From the NCBI GenBank assembly GCA_965198175.1, contig OZ240245.1, positions 768,001 to 832,000 of the forward strand: DNA of 64,000 nt. The letters run 5' to 3'. This document shows, one piece after another, positions 8,494-19,578 of the stretch. The position numbers and the translations under genes are program-made. Numbering within the stretch: position 1 is the first letter of the stretch; each line of letters starts with the position of its first letter. Source of the stretch: Candidatus Poribacteria bacterium (GTDB lineage Bacteria; Poribacteria; WGA-4E; PCPOR2b). A model generated the notes under the pieces. That model did no database searches and was not told the origin of the DNA. It worked only from the letters and a program-made list of their open reading frames with translations.

Positions 8494-11040
8494 ATGCTCA
8501 GACAGGGTAAGTTCGTGTATTCAGCAGGAATTGTAGTCGCTTTATCAGTATTACTGTGCCTCCATCCAGTGACTGTGTCCAGCACCAATCAAGCAATTCA
8601 GGATGAACAGCACACGTTTTTTGAGGCGAAAATACGCCCTGTGTTGTTGAATACCTGTTTCAGCTGTCACGGCGGGGAGGAGGTCAACAACGGTCTGCGC
8701 GTAAATTCGCGGGAGGCGTTGCTCGAAGGTGGTATTAACGGTCCAGCAATTGTTCCTGGCCAGCCGGACGCAAGTTTGTTGCTTGAGGCGATTCGGTACG
8801 ATGGTACGGCTTATGTTCAAATGCCACCTGATGAGAAACTCCCAAATCACGTTGTGGCGGACTTCGAGGACTGGGTAAGAAGAGGCGCCCTGTGGCCGGC
8901 GGAGTCGGCATGGCAAGCAGAAGCGGCTGAACCGAGCGCGCCCCATTGGTCGTTTGTGTCGGTGAAACCGGTTGAACCGCCTGTCCCGTCTACTGCTTGG
9001 TCGGATCGCCCGATTGATCGATTCATCAGCGCGGGGTGGCGCGCACATGAATTATCTCCCAATCCCCCGGCGAACAAGCGTACACTTATCCGGCGCGTCT
9101 ACTTCGATCTCATCGGCTTGCCGCCTGCTCCCGAGGCTATCTCAGCGTTTGTGAATGATACATCGCCCGACGCCTTCAAAAATTGTGTGGAGAATCTGTT
9201 AGCGTCACCCCGCTATGGCGAACGCTGGGGGCGCCATTGGATGGATGTAGTGCGCTACGCTGACACCGCAGGTGACAACGCGGATTATCCGATACCAGAA
9301 ATTCACCACTACCGAGACTATATCATTGAGGCGTTCAATGCGGACAAGCCCTACAATCAGTTTGTTCAAGAGCAACTTGCCGGTGACATCCTCGCCAAGG
9401 AAGGTGCGCCAGAACGATTTGCCGAGCAGGTGATTGCCACGGGTTTCGTCGCCTTATCCCGCCGGTACGGCACCGGTCCCTACGAATTGCGTCACCTCAT
9501 AATTGAGGATACCATTGAGACGATGGGGCGTGCGTTCATGGGATTGACACTCCGGTGCGCCCGCTGTCACGACCACAAGTTCGACCCTGTTACTATGGAA
9601 GACTACTATGCGCTCTATGGCATTTTCGCTAGCACACAGTATCCCTATACCGGCTCGGAAATATTTCGGTTCGGGAGCGAACGGCGTATGAATTTCGTGC
9701 CGTTATTGCCGCCGGAGCAAGCTCATCCAAAAGTCGAATCACATCGAAAACAGCTTGCACAGATTCAGACCGAAATAGAACAACTCGAACGTGAAAGTTT
9801 GCTTGCGAAAAAACGTGATGAATTGAATCTCCTTGTCGAAAGCGTTGGCAAGGAGATTGCTGTACTGAAGGAGACCGGTCGGGATACTAAGGGGATCGAA
9901 TCGCAGAAACGGATGCTCACAGAGCGCCGTGACAGAGTTAAAGGACAAATTAACAAAAAGAAAGAGGAACTCAAACAACAACTCGCACGTTCGGACCTTC
10001 CTGGCGATTTGCCGCAAGCCTATGCGGTTCAGGATGGCCCCCCTGTAGATGTCCCCATTCAACTTCGGGGTGATCCGGGCGAGTCGGGTCCGGTGGCGAT
10101 GCGAAACACGCCCCGATTTCTTAGCGGCAACAAATCACTTGAAGTCCCCAACGGGCAGAGTGGCCGCTTGCAGTTGGCGGAGTGGCTGACCGACCGAGCG
10201 AACCCTTTGACAGCGCGTGTTATGGTCAATCGCATCTGGCAATATCACTTTGGGAAGGGAATTGTATCAACGCCGTCCAATTTCGGACGTAGTGGTGCCA
10301 TGCCAACGCACCCAAAACTGCTTGACTATCTAGCGGTGTGCTTCGTCGAAAGCGGCTGGTCGATTAAGGCGATGCATCGGTTGATTCTTTCATCGAAGAC
10401 ATATCAACTCGCGAGCGATTATAACGCCCAGAATGCCTCTATAGACCCAGCCAATACCTATTATTGGCGATTCGACCGCCGCCGCCTGGAAGCGGAAGCG
10501 ATTCGCGATGCGATGATGGCGACCAGTGGTCTGTTGAGGCTCAACCGACCAGGAGGACATCCATTTCCACCCGTAAGGACGTGGAGATGGACGCAGCATT
10601 TCCCGTTCAAGAAGAAGACCTATCCATCTAACCATCGCAGCGTTTATCTGATGACGCAGCGACTTCAACGTCACCCGTTCCTCGGTCTATTTGACGGACC
10701 AGACACAAACACGACAACTGGCAAGCGTATGCATTCTACAGTCCCGCAACAATCGCTGTTTTTGAGGAATCATCCGTGGGTGCAGGAACAGGCGGAGACT
10801 TTTGCCAACCGATTAATTGAATCTTCCAAAGACTTTGCTCAGCGTGTCAACCACGCACATCAATTCGCTTATGGCCGTGAAGCATACACTGACGAACAGC
10901 AACGGGCAGTCGCATATATAACACAGATGTCTGAAGAACTCGATGCGTACCACTTGTCGCCTGGACAACGCGAAATAGAAGCTTGGACCAGTTACGCACG
11001 AGCCGTATTGACAGCCAACGAATTTCTTTACATTGACTAA
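8494..11040 (+). CDS. Planctomycete-type cytochrome c plus DUF1549/DUF1553 (PSD1) protein
   Basis: Signal peptide, CFSCH and CARCH heme motifs, YGERWGRHWMD, NPLTARVMVNRIW, RRLEAEAIRD, NEFLYID end. Confidence 0.9.
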   Translation: MLRQGKFVYSAGIVVALSVLLCLHPVTVSSTNQAIQDEQHTFFEAKIRPVLLNTCFSCHGGEEVNNGLRVNSREALLEGGINGPAIVPGQPDASLLLEAIRYDGTAYVQMPPDEKLPNHVVADFEDWVRRGALWPAESAWQAEAAEPSAPHWSFVSVKPVEPPVPSTAWSDRPIDRFISAGWRAHELSPNPPANKRTLIRRVYFDLIGLPPAPEAISAFVNDTSPDAFKNCVENLLASPRYGERWGRHWMDVVRYADTAGDNADYPIPEIHHYRDYIIEAFNADKPYNQFVQEQLAGDILAKEGAPERFAEQVIATGFVALSRRYGTGPYELRHLIIEDTIETMGRAFMGLTLRCARCHDHKFDPVTMEDYYALYGIFASTQYPYTGSEIFRFGSERRMNFVPLLPPEQAHPKVESHRKQLAQIQTEIEQLERESLLAKKRDELNLLVESVGKEIAVLKETGRDTKGIESQKRMLTERRDRVKGQINKKKEELKQQLARSDLPGDLPQAYAVQDGPPVDVPIQLRGDPGESGPVAMRNTPRFLSGNKSLEVPNGQSGRLQLAEWLTDRANPLTARVMVNRIWQYHFGKGIVSTPSNFGRSGAMPTHPKLLDYLAVCFVESGWSIKAMHRLILSSKTYQLASDYNAQNASIDPANTYYWRFDRRRLEAEAIRDAMMATSGLLRLNRPGGHPFPPVRTWRWTQHFPFKKKTYPSNHRSVYLMTQRLQRHPFLGLFDGPDTNTTTGKRMHSTVPQQSLFLRNHPWVQEQAETFANRLIESSKDFAQRVNHAHQFAYGREAYTDEQQRAVAYITQMSEELDAYHLSPGQREIEAWTSYARAVLTANEFLYID

Positions 11041-11065
11041 TTTCAATCGACAAGCAGGTGCAACC

Positions 11066-12445
11066 ATGAACGAAGAGCATCAAATCAATCGTCGTAAATT
11101 TCTGAACTATGCACTCACCGGGTGCGCCACGACTATGCTTGGGCCTGTTACCAAACTGTGTCTCGCTGCAGAACTCCACAACGGACATCCACTGGCGCCC
11201 AAGCTGACCCATCATCCGGCGAAAGCCAAAAATCTGATTTTCGTCTTCCTTACCGGTGGATTCTCGCATGTCGACACTTTTGACTATAAACCGAAGCTGC
11301 AGCAGGATCACGGCAAGAAGATTCCGGCATGGGAAAATACTACACAGCCGGCAATGGGCTCGCCTTTCAATTTCCAGGCATACGGCGAGTCTGGGCTAAT
11401 GATTAGCGAGTTGTTTCCTCACCTGGGGGGTGTAGCAGATGACTTGTGCGTCATACAAAGCATGCACACGGATCTTGTTGAGCATTTTCAGGCGACGCTT
11501 GCTATGCACACCGGATCCGCAACGGTTCCGATGCCGAGCATTGGCGCATGGTTGAGTTATGGGCTGGGCACAGAGCACCTGGATCTGCCATCGTACATGG
11601 TTTTGTGCGAGCGTATTCCATACTCGGGGTCGCAGGTGTGGGACAGCCATTTCTTGCCCCCGGTGCATCAGGGTGTACGCGTCATCCCGGGTGACGAACC
11701 GGTAGGCAATCTAAAATCCTCTGCGCGGTCGCTAAAGCTGGCAGAGCTTGCACGAATCATGCTGCACGATGTCAATGAACTTCACGCGCGGCGGCGCCCC
11801 GGCGATTTGGAACTGCTTGCCCGGATGAACGCTGACAACACCGCAAGGGGAATGATGCGTGTCGCACCTCAGATGTTCGACGTATCGAAGGAGAGCGATG
11901 CGACGCTGAACCTGTACGGACTAAAACGTGACGACAACAAATCGTTCGCTTGGCAGTGCTTGGTTGCTCGACGGCTGGTCGAGCACGGGGTACGGGTGGT
12001 GGAACTCATCGACACTGGCGCAAATGACAACTGGGATGCTCACGGCAATATGGAGGAACATCGTCCAAAAGCTCGGCGGGTAGATCTACCGCTCTCAGCG
12101 CTAATTAAGGATTTGAAGCAACGTGGTATGTTTGAGGAGACGCTCATCGCCATCTGTACCGAGTTTGGTCGCACCCCATTTTCGGACAGCGCTGGGCGCA
12201 ACCATCATGGCACGGCGTTTTCCTGTTTGCTCGCGGGCGCCGGTATTAAGGGCGGAGTGAAATATGGTGAAACGGATGAATATGGCTTAGGAGTCGTCTC
12301 GCAGCCGTGTCACGTCCATGACTACCATGCCACCATCTTGCACCTGATGGGCATTGACCACACAAAACTCACCTACCGTTATGGTGGTCGCGACTTCCGG
12401 CTAACCGATGTGCACGGCAAGATTATCCCCGATGTGCTTGCATAA
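11066..12445 (+). CDS. DUF1501 family protein (Tat signal)
   Basis: NRRKFL Tat motif, GGFSHVDTFDYKP, WDAH, TEFGRTP, RLTDVHG; usual partner of DUF1549/DUF1553. Confidence 0.9.
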   Translation: MNEEHQINRRKFLNYALTGCATTMLGPVTKLCLAAELHNGHPLAPKLTHHPAKAKNLIFVFLTGGFSHVDTFDYKPKLQQDHGKKIPAWENTTQPAMGSPFNFQAYGESGLMISELFPHLGGVADDLCVIQSMHTDLVEHFQATLAMHTGSATVPMPSIGAWLSYGLGTEHLDLPSYMVLCERIPYSGSQVWDSHFLPPVHQGVRVIPGDEPVGNLKSSARSLKLAELARIMLHDVNELHARRRPGDLELLARMNADNTARGMMRVAPQMFDVSKESDATLNLYGLKRDDNKSFAWQCLVARRLVEHGVRVVELIDTGANDNWDAHGNMEEHRPKARRVDLPLSALIKDLKQRGMFEETLIAICTEFGRTPFSDSAGRNHHGTAFSCLLAGAGIKGGVKYGETDEYGLGVVSQPCHVHDYHATILHLMGIDHTKLTYRYGGRDFRLTDVHGKIIPDVLA

Positions 12446-12628
12446 TTCCCGGTCTTGCCTCCCTCGTGGATCGCAGAACCGTCTTTATGCCCATCCACCG
12501 GTGGCTTGATTCATCTCGAACCATCCAGGGCTTGACGATGGAAGCCTTGTTCGTCAAGTATCTACCAAGCGAAGACAACCCTCAAAGTGACATCCCTACC
12601 AATTCACCAATAACACGAGGAGTTTCAC

Positions 12629-15074
12629 ATGAAAATAAAACGTCACCCCTTGCTTTGGGCAATCCTTGGAGTTACTTTAATTTCGGCAGTAACTCTCATC
12701 ACGAACACGGTGCGTGCAGATGATGAAATTGTAAGGAGAAAAATGATGAATAATTATCAGAAGCTTTTTCCCACAGATCTCCCTGAGCGGGAGTGGCTGA
12801 GGTTCGAGGCAGAAGGTTTTACAGCGCCGGTTAGCGGCATGATATTTTCCACAAAACGCACTCGGAGCTCGACCGGAATTGAACTGGGACCTCCTATCAA
12901 TGGTATGCCGCTATATAGACCTCGAGGTTAATGGAACCTTCGGTCTGTGCACGCTGTTCAACTCTCACGTCCCTCGGCGGCTTGTCAACCGCCCCTTCCT
13001 AGGTATCAGTGTTGAAGGGCAGCCTCGGTTGCTGACGAAGGCGCACAGCGCCCAAGACTGGATATGTTACTGGGAGTCAGACACCCCGAAACTCCGGAGC
13101 CTGCCGCGTGATCCGCTCCGTGAAATCCATTACTGGGGGCATTATCCGGTGGCTGACGTAGAATACGACCTTCAAGACACGCCAATTAGCGTTGGGTTAA
13201 GAGCTTGGGCACCGTTCATACCCGGGGACATCGATATGTCCCTCCTTCCCGCTGCGGTCTTCGAGGTGCACCTGCGCAACGTAAAAGATACTCCGCAGCG
13301 CGGTACCGTAGCCTTCAGCTTCCCGGGGCCCTCCGATGAGGAGACGGAAGGCGCAACGATTTTTTCTCGTGAATCCGTAGAAGGAACCTTCTCAGGCATC
13401 TCAGTGACCAATAGTCGTGACATAGGATATGCGCTGGGAGTGGTAGGAGACGAGAAAATCCGTTCTGGCGGAGAACTCGGAATCAACGGAGAAGCTTGGG
13501 CTAACATCGAAAACAAGCTGCCTGAAGCCAAGGAATATAGGGCGGGATCATCCCTAGCGGTTGACTTTTCCCTGGCCCCTCGTGAAACCAAAATTGTCCG
13601 GTTTGTCCTCGGTTGGTATAGTCCACGCTGGAAGGGTGGGGGAACACCTACGGCAGGTGGAAATACCTACACGCATATGTACACCACAAGATACCACAGT
13701 GCGTTAGAGGCGGCGCAGAATTTGGCTGAAAATCATGAGTCGTTATTGAAACGGATACTGGCATGGCAGCAAGTCATCTATACGGACGAGAAGCTGCCTG
13801 GATGGCTGCAGGATTCACTCCTTAATGGCCTCAACCTCATCACTGAGAATAGCATGTGGGCAGTGGCGGAACCTCCGATAGGGGAGTGGTGCCGGAAGGA
13901 AGATGGAATTTTCGGCATGAATGAATCTCCCAAATATTGTCCACAGATTGGATGCCTGCCTCCAACCTTTGAGGGGAATATCCCAATCGTCTACTTCTTC
14001 CCCGAACTGGCGTTGTCTACGCTTCGCGCATTTAAGGCCTACCAGAGCCCGGAGGGCGCGCCGGCCTTTATGTTTAGCGGGTTTAGTTACCATACGCCCC
14101 CCTGTGGCATGGTGAGTCCGACCACTGGCTGGCAGACCGCTACCAACGGGCCCCAATATGTGGATATTGTGAATCGGTATTGGAATTGTACCGGCGATGA
14201 TGAGATGCTCAAAGAGTTCTACAAATCCGTCAAGCAGACCACAATCTACACGATGAATTTGAGACCAGACCTTGGCCCCGACGGCATAATCAGCGTTGCT
14301 CACGAACAGAACGCATCTGTATTAGGTTTCGCACCGGGTTTCGGTACCGACTGGATTGAGATGTGCGAGTTCCACGGAATGACGGCTCATGTGGCAGGCA
14401 TCCACTTGGCACATCTAAAGATGGCTGAACAGATGGCTGAGAAGATGGGTGATGAAGAGTTTGCTGACCAATGTAGAAATTGGTTTTCTCAGGGAAGTAA
14501 CTCGTTGGAAAACAAGCTGTGGACCGGAAATTACTACTTGAACTATTACGAGCCCACAACCGGCAAGAAGTCCGACCTAATCCTTGCCTACCAGTTGGAT
14601 GGCGAGTGGATGGCGAGGTCCGAAGGATTAGCCGGTGTCTTCCGAAACGATAGAGTAAAGACCACGTTGGAAACCATAAAGGGGACAAATGTCGCCCTTA
14701 CGGAATTCGGCGCGCTCAACTATACTAACCCCGACGGGACGCCGGTGCAGAATATCGGTTTCGGAACCTATACTGTGCTCACTTGCTACCTTCCGTTCCT
14801 CGCCATGATGTATATGTATGAAGGAGAACCCGATTTCGGATTGGAGCTGGTCCGCCGTGACTACGACACCATCGTTAAACAAGGCTACATCTGGAGTGCT
14901 GCTGGCGGCACCCGAGGTGATAAAAATACTGGCGAAGTTTTCGGCGATTATGGTTCCCATTTGAACTTGATACTATGGGGCTTGCCAGCCGCGTTGAATG
15001 GGGAAGACCTTAGCGGCCCAACCAAACCCGGTGGATTAGCGGACCGTATACTTCAAGCCGCCCGCGGCGGATAA
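12629..15074 (+). pseudogene. GH116 family beta-glucosidase/glucosylceramidase, frameshifted near 12911
   Basis: ORF 12629..12931 (signal peptide ...GMPL) and ORF 12879..15074 (YIDLE..YWGHYPVAD..NESPKYCPQ..YQLDGEW) are in different frames; the usual Gly-rich motif after GMPL is absent. Confidence 0.75.
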
Positions 15075-15345
15075 TAGTTCGGTTGAACAATAGGATCTTG
15101 TTGCACTGGTGACGGATGTACCGTCGCTGCGTTTGGCAATGTATATGGCTGGTGCTATGTAGCCGGCTTTTGCTCTTGCGGGAGGATGCCTGTTGTGGTA
15201 GAATGCTGGGTATACATCAAGAATGCCGGCTCCTCTACTTCGGCTCAACATCTAAGTCACCTGTATAAACTATGGTTGGTATTTCTCAGACTTATCATTC
15301 CATTAAATTGACTGAATAATTAGGAATAAAAGAGGGTAATTTACG

Positions 15346-16161
15346 ATGAAACCGACATACGACTGCAAACCCACAATGACGGACACTCAAGTTCTAGATT
15401 TCTGTAAAAAAGGGTTTTTAATGTTGGAAGCTGTCGTTCCTGATGAGGTTAACAAAAAATCGTGCGATTACTGCGAACTCTATTCTTCAGGCGGCCCCTT
15501 CAAGGAGGACTCCGCTCGCCTGCCTGACGAGATCTTTGAAACAGATTGGTTCGCCGACAATATAATTCTCAATCCGGAAGCAATTGGTGTCGTCCGATCG
15601 TTATTGGGCAAAAATTTTCAACTACCGACTTTCATGGCAAACCATCGTGCAGTGTGCCCAGGAGGGACGGGCGAGTGGCACCGAGATGCCGGCTCGCTTT
15701 ACGGTCCCAAGATAGATTCCCTGAAGGTGTTCTATTATCCGCAGGATACCCCTTTGGAAATGGGTCCAACCGATTTATTGCCCGGTTCACACTTCCTCTT
15801 TGCGGGGGGATATATGGGTCATTATACTGGAATCCGGGAGACCATTCCAACAACAGCACCAGCGGGTTCTATCATCGTCTGCTTCTATAATATTTGGCAC
15901 CGAAAGGGAGTGGCTACCGCAGCGGGCACGCGTAATCTGCTGAAATACCACTATGTCCGAAACGTACCGCCGGAGCGTGATTGGATCATCGAGTCGGATT
16001 TCAACGTTGAACAGATATATAACATGCGGCAGGGTCACTACTTCTACGCGCGGGAAGGGCACCGAGCGTTCAATGACGCCGCTGAGATTTTCTACTGGCT
16101 GAGCGGCAATCACGCCGCCTTTCGTGGCATCGACAGCAGTCTGCCCGTTTATTTGGCGTAA
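15346..16161 (+). CDS. PhyH-family Fe(II)/2-oxoglutarate dioxygenase (paralogue 1)
   Basis: WHRD, YYPQDTPLEMGPT..PGSH, IWHR, distal Arg. Confidence 0.88.
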   Translation: MKPTYDCKPTMTDTQVLDFCKKGFLMLEAVVPDEVNKKSCDYCELYSSGGPFKEDSARLPDEIFETDWFADNIILNPEAIGVVRSLLGKNFQLPTFMANHRAVCPGGTGEWHRDAGSLYGPKIDSLKVFYYPQDTPLEMGPTDLLPGSHFLFAGGYMGHYTGIRETIPTTAPAGSIIVCFYNIWHRKGVATAAGTRNLLKYHYVRNVPPERDWIIESDFNVEQIYNMRQGHYFYAREGHRAFNDAAEIFYWLSGNHAAFRGIDSSLPVYLA

Positions 16162-16385
16162 CAGCGGTGTTGCAGGACTGGGATAGCGCACAGGAATACA
16201 ATTAGACAATCCAAACCGGGGATTTGTTACAGGGTGAATCACTCGTTCACCTGCTCTCGGGGAAGGCAAACGTTGCGAAACATCGGGACGAGATTCCCAC
16301 TGCCCATGTATGGGTTTACGCAGACAGCTGCAGCATTACTGTCCGAATTTAGCGAATTCTAGAAGGTTGTCGAGGAGGTTTATAT

Positions 16386-17129
16386 ATGTCTGTACAACTC
16401 GAATTTGTTGGTCACGCGTGTTTCCGCCTGTTGGAGAATGGTAGGTCAACAATCGTAACGGATCCATACTCCCATCACGATACGAAATTGGAAGATGACG
16501 GTTCGCGTCTCGACGCGGACACCGTCATTGTAAGTTCCCTCACGGACGATTCGCACAACAACGTTTCGCTCGTTCGGGGCAATCCTCGCGTCATCAACGC
16601 CTTGGACGTGGCGACAGGGGCGGCTTCGGCGACAATCAACGGCGAACCGTTAATTGCAATCGCGACAGCCGAGGCTGCTGACCATGACCTGCATGATCCG
16701 ATGGACAACGCGATGTACGCCTTCAACGCCGGCGGATTATGGTTCGCACATCTGGGCGATCTCGGGTACGGACTTAGTAACGAAGAGTTAGCGCCGTGGG
16801 AGGATAAATGCGATGTGCTGATACCTATTGTCGGTGAGAGGAACACAGTCAAGCTCGATGACCTCGACGAAATGATTGAGTTTCTCAAGCCGACGTGGAT
16901 CGTGCCCATGCACTACGCCTTGGCGCCGCTCGGAGGTGCCAATGCAGGCGGAATGAAGCCCGTCGATGTATTCATCAATCGCCATCCCCGCGCTTCCGTT
17001 TATATCGCTCGCCACCACACAGTGACCCTTCCGATGGCGAAGTCTGCGGTGGGGCGCTCGACCATCATCGTGCTTGAACCTTCAGGCTACAAGCCCACGG
17101 GCGGATTTCTGGGGTTCCGGGCATCCTGA
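16386..17129 (+). CDS. MBL-fold metallo-hydrolase (degenerate metal motif)
   Basis: GHACF, TDPY, HLGDLG, PMHY; the HxHxDH region reads SLTDDSH. Confidence 0.75.
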   Translation: MSVQLEFVGHACFRLLENGRSTIVTDPYSHHDTKLEDDGSRLDADTVIVSSLTDDSHNNVSLVRGNPRVINALDVATGAASATINGEPLIAIATAEAADHDLHDPMDNAMYAFNAGGLWFAHLGDLGYGLSNEELAPWEDKCDVLIPIVGERNTVKLDDLDEMIEFLKPTWIVPMHYALAPLGGANAGGMKPVDVFINRHPRASVYIARHHTVTLPMAKSAVGRSTIIVLEPSGYKPTGGFLGFRAS

Positions 17130-17226
17130 TGTGCCGTTCAAAATCGTGGTAGGGGCGCACCCTTCGGCAAACTCAGAGTTTTCCCGTTGATTATCACTTT
17201 CATGGGAACCAAGATGGACGTGTTTT

Positions 17227-18234
17227 ATGGAATACAGACAACTCACGAGAGATGGAACGCAGGTGTCGGTTATTGGGCTCGGCACATGGCCGTTCGGCGG
17301 TGGTATGGGCGCCATGGACGATCAGACAGCGATCGCCATTACGCGAGCCGCTATTGATAGTGGCATCAACCTAATCGACACGGCTCAAGTGTATGGCGTG
17401 AGCGAGGAACGGCTCGGAAAGGCGCTGAAGGACGGCTATCGTGATCGATGTTTCCTCGCCACCAAAGTGTGGCGAGAACAGGACAACGACTACTCTCCAG
17501 CGGCAATCTTCGCCGCCATGGACGACAGTCTGCGCAAACTGGATGTAGACTATGTGGACCTCTATCAGATCCACCACCCCGATCCGTCCTATCCGCTCGA
17601 TCAGACGATGGAAGCCCTCGACCGGCTTCGAGAACAGGGCAAGACACGATATATTGGCGTCTCTAACTTCTGGGTCGAACATATGGAGGAAGCCCTAACG
17701 ACAACTCGCCTCCACACTAACCAGCCGCGCTACAACATGCTCGACCGTCGTATAGAAGCCGAGGTGCTTCCCTTTTGCGAACGTAACGGGATTGGGATCA
17801 TGGCTCACAGTCCGTTAGCTAAAGGATTGCTAACCGGCCGCTACCGTGTCGGTCATAAGTTCCCGGAGGACGACGAGCGAGCGCGCCTGTCACGCTTCCG
17901 TGGCGAGCCGTTTGCCCATTACGTCAAGGTTGCCGACCAGCTTAAACAGATGGCGGCGCATAAAAGTCTCTCCCTCATTCAGCTAGCTATTGGGTGGCTC
18001 CTGCGGCTGTCGTCGGTGAGTTGTGTACTGGTCGGTGCAAAACGCCCCGATCAGATCCACGAGCATCTCGGCGCGGCAGGAGTCACGTTCAGCGATGACG
18101 AACTTGCCCGAATCGAATCGATTCTTCAAGACACCCCCGCAACGCTGTATGATGATTATGGACGGAACTACCTTAGCGACAGTAGAGGATTTATGATTGC
18201 TGGCAAAGGGAGGGACGATGGACGAATACAGTAA
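17227..18234 (+). CDS. Aldo/keto reductase
   Basis: IGLGTW, DTAQVYG, ATK, DLYQIH, IGVSNF, SPLAKGLLTG. Confidence 0.93.
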   Translation: MEYRQLTRDGTQVSVIGLGTWPFGGGMGAMDDQTAIAITRAAIDSGINLIDTAQVYGVSEERLGKALKDGYRDRCFLATKVWREQDNDYSPAAIFAAMDDSLRKLDVDYVDLYQIHHPDPSYPLDQTMEALDRLREQGKTRYIGVSNFWVEHMEEALTTTRLHTNQPRYNMLDRRIEAEVLPFCERNGIGIMAHSPLAKGLLTGRYRVGHKFPEDDERARLSRFRGEPFAHYVKVADQLKQMAAHKSLSLIQLAIGWLLRLSSVSCVLVGAKRPDQIHEHLGAAGVTFSDDELARIESILQDTPATLYDDYGRNYLSDSRGFMIAGKGRDDGRIQ

Positions 18235-18586
18235 AATCAAGGCGCAAGTCGAGCGGTGCTTAGAGGAGTTTATGCGAGGGGACCTCACTCAGGCTAGTCT
18301 CCATGGCATTCTCGAAGCGATGGACGAAACGCCGCCGCGGCAACAGTTGTTGTTCCTGCGCGTTGAAGGGTGGACGATTCACTCAGGTGTCATCGGCATG
18401 TTGATGCTGGACAACGGCGAGATTAACGAAGGCCCATTGAATCCGGAGGACTGGCCGTACAAGACTGTGATTGATGCTATTCAGGATGGCTGGCGTGTAA
18501 TCAAATTTCCTGAACTCGCCCTCTGGGTCGATGAGACGCGGACCTATGAGGTCGGTGGCGAGTTTGTGCTTGAAAAGTGGAGATGA
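18218..18586 (+). CDS. Hypothetical protein
   Basis: Tightly packed between the AKR and PhyH2 genes; RBS before the ATG at 18218; WPYKTVIDAIQDGWRVIKFP. Confidence 0.7.
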   Translation: MDEYSKIKAQVERCLEEFMRGDLTQASLHGILEAMDETPPRQQLLFLRVEGWTIHSGVIGMLMLDNGEINEGPLNPEDWPYKTVIDAIQDGWRVIKFPELALWVDETRTYEVGGEFVLEKWR

Positions 18587-18589
18587 GTA

Positions 18590-19504
18590 ATGAGAACTAC
18601 AGATGATATTCGCCCAACGTTGACCGACTCCCAGATTCTCGATTTTTGTAAGAAAGGCTATATGATACTTCCGGCGGTCGTGCCGGATGAGATTAACCGG
18701 AGAGTCATCCAATACACCAATGAAATCGCGCAGACTCGACCGGAGTTCCGGGCGCCGCGACGATCCGGCGAGGTTGAATTTCACCTTCCGCTATTAGAAG
18801 AGGACTGGTTCGTCGAGAATGTTCTGCTCAACACGGAAGCAGCCGGTGCTGTACGTTCGCTGCTTGGGAGCGGCTTTACGCTCCCGAACATCATCAGCGA
18901 CCACCGTGCCGAAACACCGATGCCGAAGCCAGGAGGTTGGCACCGCGACGGCAATTACGTCCTTGAAAAGAAACTGAACTACGTCGAGGTATTCTACCAC
19001 CCGGAGGACGTACCGATGGAAAACGGCCCCACGGCGATTTTGCCAGGGTCCCATCACCTAGCCTCCGCGCCCGTTGGCCATTACGGTAACCTCAAGGGTG
19101 TCGCGTATTTCGCGCCGCCGGAGGCGCCAGCCGGATCTATTTTAATTATGTCGTATAACCTGTGGCACCGTCGAACCCCGTCGACAGCAAAGGGATATCG
19201 ACACATGTTCCGCTTCAACTACTGGCGGACAACGCCGCCGGTCCGGGATTGGGTAATTGAACCGGAGTTCGATCTGCGAACCGCGGACTATGAGTTCTTC
19301 GATCGCCCCACCACGCGGCCGCCGACCCGAGACTGCAACGACGCGGCTGAACTTTTCTTCTGGTTGTGTGGGAAGGGCGGCGAGTTCGCGGTAATGGGCG
19401 GGCAGTGCTGGCCCAGTCCGCACAAAGGTCTTGATGGCGTCGTTCGAGGCTTTCCCGGCGATGTCACCGATGAGCGCGTGTGGTCTAAACAAGAGCCTGC
19501 ATGA
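18590..19504 (+). CDS. PhyH-family dioxygenase (paralogue 2)
   Basis: WHRD, NGPT..PGSH, LWHRR. Confidence 0.88.
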   Translation: MRTTDDIRPTLTDSQILDFCKKGYMILPAVVPDEINRRVIQYTNEIAQTRPEFRAPRRSGEVEFHLPLLEEDWFVENVLLNTEAAGAVRSLLGSGFTLPNIISDHRAETPMPKPGGWHRDGNYVLEKKLNYVEVFYHPEDVPMENGPTAILPGSHHLASAPVGHYGNLKGVAYFAPPEAPAGSILIMSYNLWHRRTPSTAKGYRHMFRFNYWRTTPPVRDWVIEPEFDLRTADYEFFDRPTTRPPTRDCNDAAELFFWLCGKGGEFAVMGGQCWPSPHKGLDGVVRGFPGDVTDERVWSKQEPA

Positions 19505-19578
19505 GGTGAACACGAGCAGTTATCTGGACCAGGCTCACCACAAATTCAAGGTGCAGTGCGCATCTAAAAGGAGAAAAA

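Noticed and set aside
12900..12935. Programmed ribosomal frameshift in the GH116 gene
   Set aside because: No slippery run, and conserved residues are physically missing, so a frameshift would not restore the protein.
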